Assembly (NCBI RefSeq): GCF_000002075.1
Contig: NW_004797358.1
Location: 736,539 to 799,871, forward strand
Length of the DNA: 63,333 nucleotides
DNA from: Aplysia californica
Lineage: Eukaryota
Direction of reading: 5' to 3'
This document shows positions 1 through 12,889 of the stretch, piece by piece (position 1 is the first letter of the stretch; each line of letters begins with the position of its first letter). The notes under the pieces were generated by a model. It had not been told where the DNA came from and did no database searches. It saw only the letters and a list, made by a program, of their open reading frames with translations. The position numbers and the translations under genes were made by a program.

Positions 1-151
1 CTGAGGTGACCATTTCCTTCCAGGCCACAGACCCTGATGGTGACCGCCTCAACTATACTCTAGTGGATGGACCTTTGTCTGGTGTCCAGCTAGATCCCAG
101 CACTGGAGATTTAGTCTATACTCCCAATGTTTCACTTCCAGTGGCTATAGG
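1..151 (+). CDS. EGF-gene exon 1 (5' cut by window): cadherin-like domain EVTISFQATDPDGDRLNYTLVDGPLSGVQLDPSTGDLVYTPNVSLPVAIG
   Basis: ATDPDGD/DPSTG cadherin-like motif; donor GG|gtgagt, phase 2. Confidence 0.85.
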
Positions 152-312
152 GTGAGTGTTAGTGAATGGAGAGTGGGATGTAGAGATTCAGCTTCTGTGA
201 CTGAAAATAATGTAGTTGTAGCTATGCTAATTTTTTGTGATAAAATACTTTTAGAGAGGGAATTAACGTGTTAAAGAGTGCTTGAAGTTTATCAGCAATG
301 TGCTGATATCCA

Positions 313-2424
313 ACTTTTTAAACTAAGTCAAAACATCCAGGATGGATTCCAGGAGAGTAAACACATTGTCGCCATCTTTGTAGATCTCCAACAGGCGTAC
401 GACAGAGTGTGGAGAAAAGGCCTACTCATGAAATTGATGGACCTCGGGATACATGGCAAACTTTACAAATGGATCAAGTTCTTCCTGTCGGATCGAAACA
501 TTGAAACCAAGGTAAACAATGCCCACTCGTCTAGAGAAGTACTCGAGGAAGGCCTACCTCAAGGTTGCTGTCTGAGTTGCACTTTGTTCCTGATCTTCTT
601 TAATGATGTAACGAACGTGCTGAAATCAGAAAAGACTCTTTATGCCGATGATCTTGCTCTCTGGCAGACACATCACAGCACGATAGTAGGAGCAGGGAAA
701 TTAAATGAAGACCTCAAGAGGCTCCATAATTACTATCAGAAATGGAAACTTAAAATAAACTGCACGAAAACAGTATACACCATCTTCACGAAGAGCCATA
801 AAGCAGCCAAAGAAAATCTCAAACTAAAGATAGGAAATGAAAGTCTCCCCAAAGAAGAACATCCAACTTACCTAGGAGTCAAACTTGACCATAAGCTAAC
901 CATGAAAAGCCAAGTGGAGAACATAAGGAACAAGGCAAAAAAAAGACTCCAACTTTTAAAGAAACTCGCAAGCAGTTCATGGGGGTCAGACAAACAAACT
1001 TTGAGAGCTCTATACCTGGGTTATGTCCGATCTTCCCTGGAATACAGCAATAGCCTACTCACTATGTGCAGTACAACTACTTGCAACACCCTTGACAAGG
1101 TCCAAAACAATGCCCTTCGTTTTATAAATGGCGGCATGAGATCCACACCTACCGCCGCGTGCGAAATCCTTGCAAATGTTGAACCCCTGGGAATACACAG
1201 AGATAAAGCAGTTTTGGAGCTACATGAAAGAACTAAAAGAATGTGCCCCATCCACCCAAACAGGAAATTAGTAGAAACATGGAAACTAAAGAAACGAATT
1301 CAACAAAAGTCAATCATGCATCACATCACAGAACTAATGGAGAGCCACCATCTACCACAAAATAGAAAAGAAACCAAAAGAGTCAATCAAAACATCCCTC
1401 CCCACCTTTCTTTAGAAAAGCCAATCATTACAACATCTCTCAAAGACAAGAGCACAAAATCTTCAGACCCAGTGACACTGATGCTTGCATCACATCAAAC
1501 AATCGACAGCTATTCAGATGACTGGATACACGTCTATACGGACGGCTCAGCATTCAAAGGCACAACCAAAGCCGGATATGGAATACCAATACAGTACCCA
1601 GATGGAAGTTCCAATGAGATCTCTGCAGCCTGTGGAGAGAAATGCAGCAATTACGATGCAGAAATGATGGCAATTGAAACAGCACTGTACCATCTCCGCA
1701 GTTTTTGACACTCATCCTGGAAAAGCACAGAGTATTGTGATTTTCTCTGACTCACTATCAGTATTACAAGCCATAGAAAATGACCATCACCTAAACCAAG
1801 ATTTGACCCATATACTGTTTGGATCCCATCATCTGATAACATTCTGTGGCATCAACCTAGTAATGCAGTGGGTCCCTGGACACTCAGACATACCTGGAAA
1901 TGACAGAGCAGACACACTCGCCAAACGGGGATCTAGACAGGAACAACCCAACATTCCAACTTCATACAACACTGCAAAACAAATCATCAAAAGCAACAAC
2001 AAACAAGATTGGATGAACAGATGGGCCCTGGGAAAGACATGCAGAGCAGTTTTCAAACATATGACCACAACAAAAAGGAATGACAATATCAACCGCCTTC
2101 AGAGAAAGAAACAGACCACGATCTTCCGCCTACGAACAGAACATATACAGCTCAACTTCCACCTGAACAGAATAAACCCGGAACTTCCCCCAATGTGTCC
2201 CTTGTGTGACTATGCATATGAGACTGTGGATCATCACCTGTTCCACTGTACAGCCCTAAATGACATCAGAGCTACCCTTCTCCCTCCGAGACCTAACATT
2301 GACAAAACACTCTATGGAACATTACAGCAACTGCAGCAGACCTGCACTTATCACTACATGGCATTGGACAGAAGGGCGAGAGCCCAGCTGTTGCTGGATC
2401 GATAACAACAACAACAACAAAAAC
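313..2424 (+). mobile_element. 5'-truncated I-group (Ingi/Nimb-like) LINE, copy 1: RT-RNase H-CCHC, (CAA)n tail
   Basis: RT motifs GLPQG and YADD; RNase H YTDGS, SDSLS, WVPGH, GNDRAD; CPLC...H...HC; frameshift near 1700; TSD atcagcaatgtgctgatatcca at 291-312 and 2425-2446. Confidence 0.93.
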
Positions 2425-2723
2425 ATCAGCAATGTGCTGATATCCAGCGTGTTTGTGTAGATAGGTGTATGGCTCATGCATCGTTAGGTGTAGGTGAATA
2501 CCACTTTTGTGTGTTTGCACTATGTGTTATGTGAATACTGTGAGGACTTGTCTTGCCTAAGCATTGTTTATTTTGGTCGCTGTGCCCTCAAAAATATCCT
2601 GTACTTAGTAAGAATTTCATTTTGTGTCTTCTTATTTGACTTTGAGTGAAAGTTAAGCCCCCTTGACTTACAAGACTTGTTTCTGTAATATTTAACTTTT
2701 TTTCTTCTTTTTTACTTATGTAG

Positions 2724-2896
2724 AGTGCAAGCCCAAGATCCTAAGGGTGGTCGATCAGTTGTCCTGTATGTAACTCTAGAGGTATGCACAAACTGTAGTG
2801 GTCATGGCAGCTGTGATCGTTCTGATACAAGAGATGAAGAATTTCTTGGTGGAAAATTCTTGATCAACTCCTGTGCCTGCAAGCCTGCTTACAGTG
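2724..2896 (+). CDS. EGF-gene exon 2: end of cadherin-like domain plus EGF (VQAQDPKGG...CSGHGSC...CACKPAYS)
   Basis: Acceptor ttatgtag|A, donor G|gttggt; phase 2 to phase 1. Confidence 0.88.
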
Positions 2897-3968
2897 GTTG
2901 GTCTTTTTCATATTCTTCTGCTTTTTATCTTAGGTTCATACAGGTTTATTAGATGGATAATTTAGGATTTTTCTGAATGTTTATTTCCCCGGATGCTGAA
3001 GTATTCTAGTTCTTGATCTTTGTGGATAAGGATGAACTGCCATCATTTTTTTTTAAACGATAGTCCCGAGAACACCTCCTCACTTAATAGAAATCTTTAA
3101 GTACATTTTCTCACACACTGGCTCCAATCCATTCTAATGACAACGATGAAAACAGCAGGATACCCACTTCTGCCAGACACTTCCTGCTCATCTGTTATCT
3201 CCATACAATTCCTCTGAAACATCGTCAACTACCAAACTCTGTCCCTGTCTGGCAGCTGAAGCAGTGTTCAAAATTTGTCCATTCCCAAAATTACAGCCAC
3301 TTATTATCAGCATAGATAATTATCCAAATATATGCTCAAACTGTTATGCAATTCCCTGAATGATGAGCAACACTATTTTGCTGTAGTAAAGTAAACATGC
3401 AAGGAAAAACGCCGGTTGGACTGTGGCTTAGAGAACCTTCAGTAGACTCGTCCTAAAAACTGGCAGCTGCTGAAGGCTTAAGAAAGTCAGTCAAAACTAT
3501 ATTAAGTGTGTCGTCATTGTGAAATCAGTCACTTTTCAAAAGAGTGAAATAAAAAAACCGACATTTTTTCACTTCTTGGGATATTTTTTAATGATTTTGT
3601 TATGGTTGTTTTTTGTGGGGGTTTTTTGGAGGGGGGGGGCTCAACACCTTTTATATCCATTTAAAGACACATTTGTTTGTGGATTTTACTGAAGACATTG
3701 ACCAAAGGCACAAAAATGTAAATTTGCTGTTTCAAAAGACAATTATAAGCTTTGGAATTCACAAAACTTTGGCTGCCATTTTCTCATTAAATTTTGCCTT
3801 TTACTCCAAGCGATTATTGACAAGTGCCTGATTTCACCACATCATGACACATTACGAATGGTTCATCAGTCAAGACAGTATAAATGAGTTGACTGGTGTT
3901 GATTTCTTTGAAAAACTGATCATAAGTGCTGACTATATATTATATAAACCTTTGTGTATCTGTCTCAG

Positions 3969-4130
3969 GTGACAACTGTGACACACCAGTGTATGGATGT
4001 GCCAGTCAACCATGCACTTCAGGACAAACGTGCGACAACCTTGACCCAGATGAGGACCCGGACAACGAGAGACGTTACAAGTGTGGGGCTTGCCCTAAGG
4101 GCTATGTGGCAAGCAACGCTGTCTGTGTTG
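3969..4130 (+). CDS. EGF-gene exon 3: EGF (CASQPCTSGQTC...YKCGACPKGY)
   Basis: ctcag|GT ... G|gtgagt; 162 nt. Confidence 0.9.
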
Positions 4131-4708
4131 GTGAGTCAGACTTGTCGGGACGGGGGAACATGGAAAATGTCATGATTGGCTTCTTGTAACACAAGTGTAT
4201 AGAGGGAGAAAAATGCTGCTCTGAACACGGGAAGACAAGTGAAGATATCACATTTGGCTTCTTGTAACAGAAGGAAGAGATACATTGTTCCGAACAGAGG
4301 AAGGAAGAAAATCAGCGAAGATAAAACTCCTCTGGACTACGGAAGAGAGTTGATTAGAAGAGAGACTATGAGAGGAGAATCTTTTCTGCTCATTATAAAA
4401 TAGACTATCGGAGGATGAAGAACCCTGACCATAAGAAGAAACACTTTGATAGAATGAAGTACTTTGCTCATTAGAAGAGAGACTATGATAGGATTAAATA
4501 CTGTGTCCATGAGAATGAACAGAGTAGTTTATCATCTAATAATGTTTTCGGTAAAAAAATTCTTATTCTTAAAAACTGGATAAAACTGAGGCAACTGTTT
4601 GTTGCCAGACTGTCAAAGTTTTGAAGTGACTTACCTTCGTAATGACCTACTTAAATGCCTTGTATGATATTCAATTTGTATGAGTTTGCTTTATTTGCTG
4701 TCCCTCAG

Positions 4709-4843
4709 ATATCAACGAGTGCTCCAACCTGACCCACCCTGTATGTCCAGAACACTCTACCTGTACGAACGCAGTGGGTAACTTCTCCTGTAGCTGTGAT
4801 AAAGGCTACAGGAAGGACATTGGTGCTGTCTTCAAGTGCAATG
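4709..4843 (+). CDS. EGF-gene exon 4: cbEGF (DINECSNLTHPVCPEHSTCTNAVGNFSCSC)
   Basis: ctcag|AT ... G|gtgagt; 135 nt; not in ORF track. Confidence 0.92.
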
Positions 4844-5439
4844 GTGAGTTTCTATTTTTAGGTGTTTCATAATTGTATTTCAAAGGCTGGCTGTTAGATC
4901 AGAGCCTAACACTTTAAAGGCTGACTAACTTTTGACCATTTTATGATGCAACCTTCTCGCGAAAGGAGACAGAAGGAAATAATAGTAAAGGAAACTGTAA
5001 ATATACTTGCATTAAGACACAGATGAACCTGATTACTGTATTCCAGGGGAAGGAGAGGATGTTATTCTGCTCTTAGAGGTTGTAGATATTTCTTTTTTCC
5101 CTCTAATGTAGGTTGTCAGCCAATGTAGACAAAGATCGCTTTATCTTAATACCAAATGGTTTTGCAGTGGCGACTATTATCATCTCCATGAAGTATTATT
5201 TTTCACACAATGGGTGTGTATTGTGTGGTGTGTCATACCTATGTATACACATATATGCACACACCTTACTCAATGGTTAGTCCACACCTCCTTTGAGACT
5301 ATGCTTGTGTATGTAACTCCTTGGATATATTACTCATCAGTTGCTGGCCTCATGTGCTAATAGTAGACAGCAAGAAGTACAGTGATAGGTTCTATGTGAT
5401 GTAACTTTTTTGTTCAACTTTGTACATCATATGACTTAA

Positions 5440-6109
5440 CTCTTTCCGGACGTATCGCCGATATATCGGCGCGAGTCTACTCCCCTTGCGGACGTATCAC
5501 CGATACTTCGGCTTTGATAGGGTGCCTCAGTTTTGTTTCGTTTTAACACGATCCGTCCTTTATAATTCCTTTTTATTGCTATTGAAAAACTCAAAAAGGA
5601 TTTAGGAAACGAAAACATCTAGTTTCACTTTGTCAAAGCGTGGGTTTGGGGAAAAACGAGTGAATTAGTTCTTGCGGTCTTGCATCAATAAAATGATGTA
5701 ACCGGACTCAGTATAAATATCATAACTCAAACAAAAATTGGAATATTGCTTTCAAATAAAAAGCTGCGCATTCAGAAATTTATGGATTATGCTCTTAGCC
5801 TGTAAATGATAAGATAGCTGTGCTGATTTGCTTTAACATGTTTGGTGAATTAATTTTTTCTGTCAAAATTTATTTTCTCATCACCATCGCCTTTTCTAAC
5901 CCTTCTAATGCATACTTATGTTCAAAATTAGTCCTTGTTTCATATTGGGATGTATTCTTTATTCAATTTCCTTCAATTTAGTATATCATATGTTACGTTT
6001 TGGTGGATGGTTATGCTTCTATGAAGTTATTTTGTACACCACCTGCATAACCATATCGAGCCACAAGTTAATTATGTCTAGACCCAAAAAAAACTACGTC
6101 CGGAAAGAG
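5440..6109. mobile_element. piggyBac-like MITE
   Basis: 15-bp TIR ctctttccggacgta / tacgtccggaaagag; flanks TTAA and TCAA. Confidence 0.85.
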
Positions 6110-6362
6110 TCAATAATTTATGTTTGTGTCTTTGATTAAATTTTTCCAATGTGCTGCATTTAATGCTATTTTGTCAGAAATGTCCAATATGCTCAAAGTT
6201 TTCTTGATTTTCTTTGAAATGTGACAGATCATTTCATGTTTTATGGAAAAAATGGAGACATTTTGTTTTATTTGTAACCCAGCAAGTTGAGTAAGTCATA
6301 ATATACCCTTACACTGGTTCTCTCCTTTTGCTTGAGTAACTATTTGCTTTTTTGCTTGGCAG

Positions 6363-6488
6363 ATATTGACGAATGTGCTGAGGGGACACATGATTGTCAG
6401 CAGGACTGTGATAACACTGATGGCTCTTTCTCCTGCTCTTGTCTCAATGGGAACATCCTACAGGATGATGGACGGACTTGCAAACAAA
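6363..6488 (+). CDS. EGF-gene exon 5: cbEGF (DIDECAEGTHDCQQDC)
   Basis: ggcag|AT ... A|gtaatg; 126 nt. Confidence 0.92.
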
Positions 6489-6630
6489 GTAATGTTTGTC
6501 GCACAACAAATGATTGTTTGATTATCTTACTACTTTCTGTGCTGGGTACAAACTAAAAATTGTGTCACGACATGGTGGAATCAGATGCTCATGAATTTTT
6601 TGGCATATGGAGTTATTGGTAAAAGCTTAA

Positions 6631-6950
6631 CTCGTTTGCTACACCGAGCTGTGGGAGGCGGCGGCGGCTAAAGTGCCGTCAGTAGGCTAAGCCGTCCCCG
6701 CCGGCTCGAGAACCAATCTTCAATTTTAGCTTAGATTCTATTCCAATCCACATATCCATGTTAAAATAAAGGTCATAATATAATGTTGACTTCCGGGTCG
6801 AGCGTTTCCACCAAAAATCGAAAGTTTTGAAACACAATTTCGAAGTTTCTGCGACTATGTTTTATTGCGGTGCTCAAATTATAGCCCCGACCCCAGTCTT
6901 ACTACTTTTACACAACAAAATATATAATTATTTTTTGGCAGAAAAATGCC
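6631..6950 (+). mobile_element. Truncated family B copy (left end)
   Basis: TTAA|ctcgtttgctaca; about 300 bp similar to 26772-27070; right limit approximate. Confidence 0.75.
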
Positions 6951-7254
6951 AGTTTCTTCAATTACATTATTTTGACGAGCGTCTGATTTCACCATGCTGC
7001 CTCACAATTTATATTCTATGAAATTACTGGCACAAAGATCATTGCTGCTGCAAACTGATTGAAAGTGGAGCCTTACTTTCTTACTTTTTTGGGGGGTAGA
7101 CTTTGCAGGATGAATAGATTCATAAAGAGGGACAGGGGAGGAGGGGTGGGATAATGTAGTCTAGACAGGAAATCGCACTTCATGAGTAGTGAGCTATAAA
7201 AAGGAAAGGGCTGCATCATGCAATTTTTTTTTGCTTGTGTACTCCTTTGTCCAG

Positions 7255-7380
7255 ATTCTTCAATAGAAGCCATATGCAATGCCCAAGGCTGTAGTGATGA
7301 CTGCACTTTGGATGAGGACCAGAAAGCTGTGTGCAGCTGCCCCAAAGGTTATAAACTCTCCAACAAGACACACTGTGTGG
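7255..7380 (+). CDS. EGF-gene exon 6: non-calcium EGF (CNAQGCSDDC...VCSCPKGY)
   Basis: tccag|AT ... G|gtaagt; 126 nt. Confidence 0.9.
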
Positions 7381-8962
7381 GTAAGTGACCATCACTGATG
7401 AAACTATCTATTCTGAGGGATGCAAGCTTTCCTGTTGTCTTTGATGTTGAGGTTTGGAGTTTGAAACACAAGCCTTTGGTAACAGTCTTTAGTTTAGTGC
7501 TTGTGAGAGTTTTACGGTATTTGCAACACAATAAGGTCATGTCATGCACTCATAAAAAAGAAGGAGGGGAGATGAGTATGAAAGTTGTTTGATAGAAAAG
7601 AGGGAGCAACCACACCAGAGCACCTGCCAACCATTCACCTTAAAAGTCTGCTCATTTTCATCAACATGACGGAAAAGATTATGTCTGGGTAATGTGTAGG
7701 AATAAAAATGGCGCTGTTACTTTGGATTTAAAAGATTCTCCTCCACTTTTCCTCCACCCCCACAGTCCTTTCGAAGATGGACATTAAACTCGGAGGTCCC
7801 ACTTCTTAAATGACTTAATTGTGTTAAACCTTTACCATTTCATTTTTCACCTCCACCCCTGTCCACTGATGATGTTAATTAATATTAATGTCATTATCCC
7901 TTGTGTTCATGAAGGAGAATCCTTTTCAAATGCTCTGTGTCAAAGAAATGTGTCAACTTGCATTTTTAATTTTAAAATAATTTTTTTCTGGGTTTTTTAG
8001 TTAAGATCATGGCTACCATACCAGAACCACAGGTTTTGGTTTGTCTTTTGTAGTGGCATAACCAGCCCACACTTTGTGATCATAGAGCACAAATTATTCA
8101 AATTTCTGTGAAAGCAATCACAATGGTTTGCTCTCGTGTGGAATTTCCCATGTTCTTTTTAGGTGCACGTACCACTGAATAAACTGTGTTATGATATCAT
8201 TTGAAATTTCATGTGCTGCATTCTTCAGATAAAGCGGTCATGTTAAATTATATTGTAAATCTATGAAAAATCATAGTTTCAACTGTTGATAGTGCAGTGG
8301 CTGAGCCCAATCAATCTTAACCTCATGTTTCTTCAGCTTTTAAATGTTATATTTTAACAGTACAACTCAGGAAAATAGGATATTATGCTGTGAAAGTAAA
8401 CTGTCAAGGGCCCGACATTGTGCTGTCTTGAAAAGGCACTTCACATGAATTTTCCTCACTTCACCCAGATGGGAATAGGTACCTGGCTGTAGACAGTGAA
8501 GAATATTGACATACTGTTGAACTTGTGATCTTATGATCATTCATGTTATTGTTATGTTTCGGTAATTAGCTGTGGATTGTTTTGTAAATTCCAATAAAGC
8601 AGGGGAGATTACTCTCACTACTTCCCCTTCCCAACCGATCAGCTGTTTGGCCGTTGTCTGCTAAATTTTGTTCCCTCTTCATGGCAAGTCAAACCAAATC
8701 TAGTTCCCATTCAACACATACAAAGATTCAGCATCAACGTAGAATGCACTCAATACATTCATGCACACTGCTATATGTACAGAGAGGCACAACTCACACA
8801 CACTAGTATGCCCAAAAGGGCACACTGTGTGGGTAGGCTTATATGAGCGAGTTTTCATGAACTTTCTGTCCCTCTAAAGGGCTACAGAACAAACTTGAGA
8901 CTTGCTTGCTTTCCACATATACCTTTTAACCACTGTCTACACTGCTATACATCTCTTTCCAG

Positions 8963-9085
8963 ACATTGATGAGTGCAACACAGAGAACAAGTTCTGTAAG
9001 CAGAAGTGTGCCAATTCAGATGGTGGATTTTCCTGTTCCTGCTACACTGGTTACAAACTGCAGGCTGATCAGACTTCTTGTTCTG
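8963..9085 (+). CDS. EGF-gene exon 7: cbEGF (DIDECNTENKFCKQKC)
   Basis: tccag|AC ... G|gtgagt; 123 nt. Confidence 0.92.
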
Positions 9086-9364
9086 GTGAGTGACTCTATA
9101 TAGTCAAGTGTATATTAACTCTTAGAAGTTGATACGTCTACTGATTAGATGCCACATTCAGGGTTTTTTCTTGTTTTCCCCATTCCTTATGAATATCTGC
9201 TTTCCTGTGTTGAAAAATTTAATGTATTTTCACGATATCATATCTTCATTTTTTTGAATGAAATACAAGCTTGTAGCTTGATACTTATCTTTTCACAATG
9301 AAAATGGGAACGTGTGCCTATTTTCAATTAACAAAATAGGGAATATGTTTAAGACTTGTAAGAG

Positions 9365-9760
9365 CTGATGGTTCATCAGTCAAACCTATATGAAAAGTTC
9401 ACCAGTCCAAACTTTACGAATTGCTCATCTGTCAGACCATTTGAATGATTCTTCGGTCAAAACCATGTGAACAGTTCTTCAGTCAAGACTAGATCTATAT
9501 GGATAGTTTGTTTGTCTATATGAATGGTTGATTAGTTTAAAAAACTGTTTGAATAGTTCATCAGTCAAGACTATGTGATGGATGATTCATCAGTAAGGAC
9601 TATGAATGGTTTGTCTGTTAAAACTATATTAATATTATGAATTGTTCATCAGTTAGTGCTGTGTGAATATTTCATTATTCAAACTTATTTGAATGCTTCA
9701 TCAGTTAAAACTGTATAAATGGTTTATCAATTAAAATTTATATGAATGGTTCATCAGTCA
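9365..9760. repeat. Degenerate ~30-bp minisatellite (gaatggttcatcagtcaagactat)
   Basis: More than 10 diverged units; an isolated unit at about 3856. Confidence 0.75.
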
Positions 9761-9904
9761 GAAAAAAAGAAATCAGATTACTCTTATTGAGACCACATCG
9801 GCTACAAATGGTCAGCAGCTTTCACTATGATCTGCAGCACACAGGTGAAATTTAGTACATGAAACAAAAATACTTATCCACCTGATTCTACAGCTACACT
9901 TAAA

Positions 9905-10745
9905 CTCTAGTCCTGCGGGGTTAACCGGAAGAGGGCTCTTATCGATCGATGACCCACTTACGTCGCCTGCGGGCTTGTGCCGCGGGGCGCGGGGGTCAGG
10001 CACTGGTCACGCGAGCGTGCCGCGGCAGGTCAGGAAAACACCTCATCTTTTATAGCAAACTGATACGATCAATGAATAAGTGTTACGGTCACACGAATAA
10101 TCCCATTATCCCCTCGTCGGTAGATCAGAGACGCTGAGATTGGAAGTTACACCAAATCGAATAACTTTTCCAGAGTTTTCCAGATTTCACACCTATTATG
10201 AATGAACTTGCGAACAGCTGCTTATCAGCTATCGTTCGAAAGGGGAAAAAAATTTGATAATTTCCTAATATTTTTTTTATTCAGTTGCTCTCAAATGTCT
10301 CCCTCTGGTAGGACAATGGTTCAAAAACCACCAAATATGATTATTTACATCAGGAAACAACGTTTGGTGTAAGAATTAGATCGTTTGAAAAGTGAGGAAA
10401 GGTGTTTGCATTGAAAGATGAAAGTCCTATTTCCTGAATATCCTTTCGAGTCCCTCAAGTGTCTAACTGGGTCAAAATGCTCATATTTCATTGGATGAAC
10501 GTCTCAACCGACGCTCTGTTATCTCTACCAACGCCTTGCGTTGCAAAACAATGCAGTAAGTTTCAGAGGGACACTCAGGCACAAGCAGATTGACGCACAC
10601 ACATTTTAGCACACAGATGCAGACCCCGCCGTAAACTAAGTGCGTTGCCTGCGCGGGACAACGACTGATCAGGGACCAGCTAAGGAGCGCCGCGCGGGAT
10701 TGCGCTTATCGGGCAAACATTTATCAGGGACCAGAATCTTAAGGG
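9905..10745 (+). mobile_element. 840-bp non-coding TTAA-specific element, family A copy 1
   Basis: Near-identical to 27504-28343 along its whole length; right flank TTAA, left flank ttaaa. Confidence 0.88.
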
Positions 10746-11782
10746 TTAATGTTTGACAAATCTTTTCTGCAACCAAAATGAAACTTTTGAAGCCTTTGTT
10801 TACTGAGGGTAAAAGGGGAATCAAACTTTAACTGATTCAGCCCACAGATAATTTTGACTCTAGATGCGAATAATTTGTGACTGCTTCATGACCTCAGGGG
10901 TGGTCTCAAAAAAAGTTAATTATAAAATGTCTAAATTTGATCAAACCTCTATGTGTGGTATATAGAAATGTTCTGAACAAAAAACAGTATTCAATGACAC
11001 CAGAAATAAAGGTTGAAATGCAAATGGAAAGAAAAAAATAGGAAAGGAAAATGATGTGAAGAAAGGTAGCAATGCGTCAAAACACGGGAGAAGTCATTCG
11101 CTGTGAGCGGTGCTGCGGTCTGAATCAGTTAATAAACACTGCCTTATGATGGAATCTCAATTGGAACTGTCTTTTTCTAGTTAGTTAAGATGGCTATATT
11201 GTCCGAGGAGTTGGGTTTTTAGGGTTGTTTTTTTTTAACTGAAGATGAAAGTGTATCTATTATGGAAGTTTTCGAGAAATTCATGCTCTTTTCAGGAATC
11301 ACAATAACTTTCAGAAACTACTTATTCCTTTTGTGAATTATCACCAGTGAAGATTTTTTTCCCCTTGCAAGAATAGTTCAGGTAACTACACTATGATATG
11401 GCATAAATAACCCACGTGAAGAGATTAAACCAAGCCATTCAATTAGGGATGCATGGTCACAGAAAAATGAACACATTATAAATCATTTCTACCAGCATCT
11501 GTTGTGTAGTAGTTAGACACTCTACCATCGCTTGCAGGAGACCCAAGTTCTGTTCCCATGTTGTGACTTTATCAAATATTTCAGTCTTTCTGCTGGGATG
11601 TTGTATCCCTTTCAGCACAGGTTGGCACTGACATGGCACTGACGGACAGGGTCAAAGCCCTCCACTAAAATGACCTAAATTGTATCGATGTGAGCGTAAA
11701 AACTACTTTTAAAGAAGAAACTAAAAATGTATATCTATTCACGGACATTCTACTCATCTATGATTATCTCTGCATCAAACAG

Positions 11783-12031
11783 CGTGCCAGCACCCTTACT
11801 ATGGAGAAGATTGCAAAAGCATATGTGACTGTAACGGCCATGGGACATGTGACTCTGTGCGGGGCTGCATCTGCTCAGATGGTTGGAAAGGCGAAAGTTG
11901 CAGCCAGGATGTGAACGAGTGTGCGGAGAAGGAGCAGCCATGTCCTGACAACCAGGTGTGCTCAAACACAGTGGGTAGCTACACATGTAGCTGTGACGAA
12001 GGGTTTGCCACAGTCAATGGGACCTGTCTTG
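11783..12031 (+). CDS. EGF-gene exon 8: MEGF/laminin-type EGF plus cbEGF
   Basis: CQHPYYGEDCKSICDCNGHGTCDSVRGCICSDGWKG...DVNEC; aacag|CG ... G|gtaagt; 249 nt. Confidence 0.92.
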
Positions 12032-12757
12032 GTAAGTGGTGCAATAACTGAAGTCTGGTTTTAGAATTCTTAATTTTCTGAAAAATTTCTGGAATTATGA
12101 AACGTAAAGAATTAATCAAAGACTCAGTTTATGCAACCCCTAATTTAGTTGTCATGCTTTCTCAATATCTATTTGTTTTTGCTATTTCTGTAAACTGACT
12201 CCATCTAGATTTAATGTGACAAAGGATAGCTATGGTTTTTTGTCTGTGACTTAAGGAGTTCATGGTTTTATTAACATTGTTATGAAAATATTCAATTAAG
12301 GATTTGGTTCGTTTTGCAGAATATTTCCTAAATATATGATCTCATTTTTCTTAATACCGTCTCATTTCATCTCACTTTATTTTTATCTCTTTTTTTGTCT
12401 TTCTCCTGGTGCCACAGTGTACATATGTGCATTGTATCATGTCTTCTCCTTTGTAATCTCTGCTTGGGTTGTATCATTTTATCTGACATCATTTTTATCG
12501 TTTCATATTATTTCATGACTTCACACTCTGCTCTGTCTTATCTCATTTGGTTTAATGTCTTGTTCTTAATCATCTCCTTTGATCAAAACGACTGCTTAAT
12601 GTAAGTCTCCGCTAAATGCCAATTTGAAAAATGATGTATGATGGAGTCTTGCACTTAACAGTTAAAATGCTGTCTCACGTCAGTGATAAATGTAACAGTC
12701 TTGGTTACACATTGAGTCAAAGCTTATCTCATCTCATCTCATCTCATCTCTCCTTAG

Positions 12758-12889
12758 ATATCAATGAGTGCCTTGACGTAATAGACCACTCATGCAGCCT
12801 CAAAATAGAGGAATGTGTGAACACTGTGGGAAGCTTTGACTGTGTTTGTAGGAAAGGATACGCTCGTGGCGAGAATGGCACTTGTGAAG
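12758..12889 (+). CDS. EGF-gene exon 9: cbEGF (DINECLDVIDHSC)
   Basis: cttag|AT ... G|gtgata; 132 nt. Confidence 0.9.

Noticed and set aside
278-312. N-terminus MLEVYQQCADI of the 476-aa ORF as a real start (domesticated RT gene)
   Set aside because: It is host intron plus TSD sequence upstream of the 5' truncation, begins at GTG, and the element is frameshifted near 1700.
4190-4520. Purine-rich degenerate tandem repeats after exon 3
   Set aside because: Highly decayed minisatellite with no coding or structural signal.
7608-7632. 25-bp motif aaccacaccagagcacc(t/c)gccaacc repeated at about 51676
   Set aside because: Too short to classify; probably a fragment of an interspersed repeat.
9365-9760. 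CRISPR-like array
   Set aside because: The units are degenerate and contiguous, with no unique spacers; the context is a eukaryotic intron with no cas genes.
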